Below, piece after piece: positions 22,831-24,000 of a stretch of DNA of 24,000 bases. Position 1 is the first letter of the stretch. Each line of letters opens with the position of its first letter. The translations under genes and the position numbers were made by a program. The stretch lies in the NCBI GenBank assembly GCA_947488215.1, contig CANLBD010000010.1, forward strand, positions 1-24,000, written 5' to 3'. Origin of the DNA: Myxococcales bacterium (GTDB lineage: Bacteria; Myxococcota_A; Bradymonadia; UBA7976; UBA1532). The notes below the pieces were generated by a model. That model worked only from the letters and a program-made list of their open reading frames with translations. It was not told the origin of the DNA and ran no database searches.

Positions 22831-24000
22831 CTACTTGAAGAAGTAGAACAGCGCGCCGCCGACGACGACCACGAGGCCCACGCCGACCGCGACCGCGAGG
22901 TCACGGTTCCGCGTGCCGACATCGGGATTGAACGCTGTCGTTGGGCCAGACATGAGCGCGGAGGGTTCGCGCCGCGCCGCGGAGGTCGAGGCAGCCACGG
23001 GCGTCGTGGGGGCCGACGGCGCAGACGCGGGCAGAGCCGCAGCGGGCGCCGACGCGGCGATCTGCGCGGGGGTCACGGGTGTCGTCGGCGCAGTCGGATC
23101 GTTCGACAGCGCTGCGCTCGGCAGGGGGCCAGTCGCGGCGCGTGGCCGCTGACCCATCGTGAGACCATCCGCCGCCATCGCGCGGGCGATCATGTCCGTC
23201 GAGAGCTGAAGCGTCGCGGCGCCCTCCATCGGGGCGTCTTGGCTCGCGAGCAGGTCGGCGACCTCGTCGGGGCTCATCTCCAGAGAGACGTCTTGGCGCG
23301 CCTTGAGCGTCTCGATGCAGGCCTCCAGCGCCTTCTTGACCTCGTTCGCGTTCGCGAAGCGGTCCTCTTTGCGCTTGCGCAGCAGCTTCGTGACGATCGC
23401 CTCGAGCTCCGCGGGGTAAGACCACTCGGGACGCACGCGCGAGGGGGGGGCGGGCTCCTCGATCACGATCTTCGTCGCGACCTCGACCGCCGACTCCGCG
23501 TGGAACGGCAGCATCCCCGTGATCGTCTGATAGAGGATGATGCCCAGGCTGAAGAGGTCTGAGCGCTGGTCGAGCTCGAAGCCCTGAACCTGCTCCGGGC
23601 TCATGTAGGCGGGCGTCCCGCACACGATGCCGTCTCGGGTGAGCGGCACGTAGTCAGCGCCCGGGTCCGTGATCTTCGCGATGCCGAAGTCAAGGACCTT
23701 CACGAAGTCCTGCGTGCGGCGGTGGTTGAAGCAGACGATGTTCGCGGGCTTCAGGTCGCGATGGATGACGTTTGCCGAGTGCGCTTCGTCGAGGGCATCG
23801 CACACCTGCGCGATGATGTTGACGATGCGCGCGGTCGGAATCGGGGCGTCCTCGGCGATGATCGTGCCCAGGTCGCGGCCTTGGATGAACTCCATCGCCA
23901 TCCACAGCAGCTCGCCGTTGTCCTCTTGCCCGAACCCGAAGATCGAGATGCAGTTCGGATGGTTCAGTCGACTCGCGGCCTGAGCCTCGCGCTCGAAGCG
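22831..24000 (-). CDS. Hanks-type Ser/Thr protein kinase, C-terminally tail-anchored; N-terminus lies beyond the window
   Basis: The frame is open to the window edge, reading RFEREAQAASRLNHPNCISIFGFGQEDNGELLWMAMEFIQG upstream of the ORF-track Met. It shows the catalytic loop HRDLKPANI, DFGIAK and GTPAYMSPE. A Pro/Ala/Thr-rich linker follows, then a single TM helix (LAVAVGVGLVVVVGGALFYFF) with one residue after it before the stop. Confidence 0.92.
   Translation of the reverse strand, partial: RFEREAQAASRLNHPNCISIFGFGQEDNGELLWMAMEFIQGRDLGTIIAEDAPIPTARIVNIIAQVCDALDEAHSANVIHRDLKPANIVCFNHRRTQDFVKVLDFGIAKITDPGADYVPLTRDGIVCGTPAYMSPEQVQGFELDQRSDLFSLGIILYQTITGMLPFHAESAVEVATKIVIEEPAPPSRVRPEWSYPAELEAIVTKLLRKRKEDRFANANEVKKALEACIETLKARQDVSLEMSPDEVADLLASQDAPMEGAATLQLSTDMIARAMAADGLTMGQRPRAATGPLPSAALSNDPTAPTTPVTPAQIAASAPAAALPASAPSAPTTPVAASTSAARREPSALMSGPTTAFNPDVGTRNRDLAVAVGVGLVVVVGGALFYFFK

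Overview
This is a very GC-rich bacterial chromosomal segment (about 70% by eye, not computed). Nearly every frame is open, so most entries in the ORF track are antisense or off-frame artefacts. I support 18 protein genes and found no tRNA, rRNA, CRISPR array or mobile element. All family assignments come from motifs read by eye, with no searches run. Gene content and a Myxococcus-type LexA box suggest Myxococcota, which is inference.

Gene order:
- A 5'-truncated acidic Glu/Pro repeat protein (to 1754, +), coupled to a receiver-like/PilZ c-di-GMP receptor (1751-2422, +).
- groES-groEL (4455-2488, -) with a clear intrinsic terminator, then lexA (5282-4650, -).
- A 12-kb co-directional + strand array starting at a divergent intergenic region that carries LexA-box-like sites. 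It contains a Maf-YggS fusion ORF, proC, a DivIVA-domain gene, yggU (DUF167), an anchored HExxH peptidase-MA-like protein and a 1678-aa TPR protein.
- The array ends in a tightly coupled trio: xylose-isomerase-like TIM barrel, myo-inositol-1-phosphate synthase and UbiA prenyltransferase (14423-17363).
- Converging on the trio is an O-methyltransferase/lipoprotein pair (19309-17379, -).
- Last come a small TPR-like protein, a TPR/CHAT-like protein that seems to lack the catalytic His/Cys (19452-22822, +), and a convergent tail-anchored Ser/Thr kinase that runs off the window.

The best candidate for an undescribed system is the TIM-barrel/MIPS/UbiA cassette, possibly with the adjacent methyltransferase and lipoprotein. 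It looks like a pathway for a prenylated cyclitol-derived membrane compound. It resembles the ebo cluster in logic but uses a MIPS as the cyclase.

Secondary points are the Maf-YggS fusion under possible SOS control, the pseudo-CHAT protein, and the nested coding repeats at the window start.
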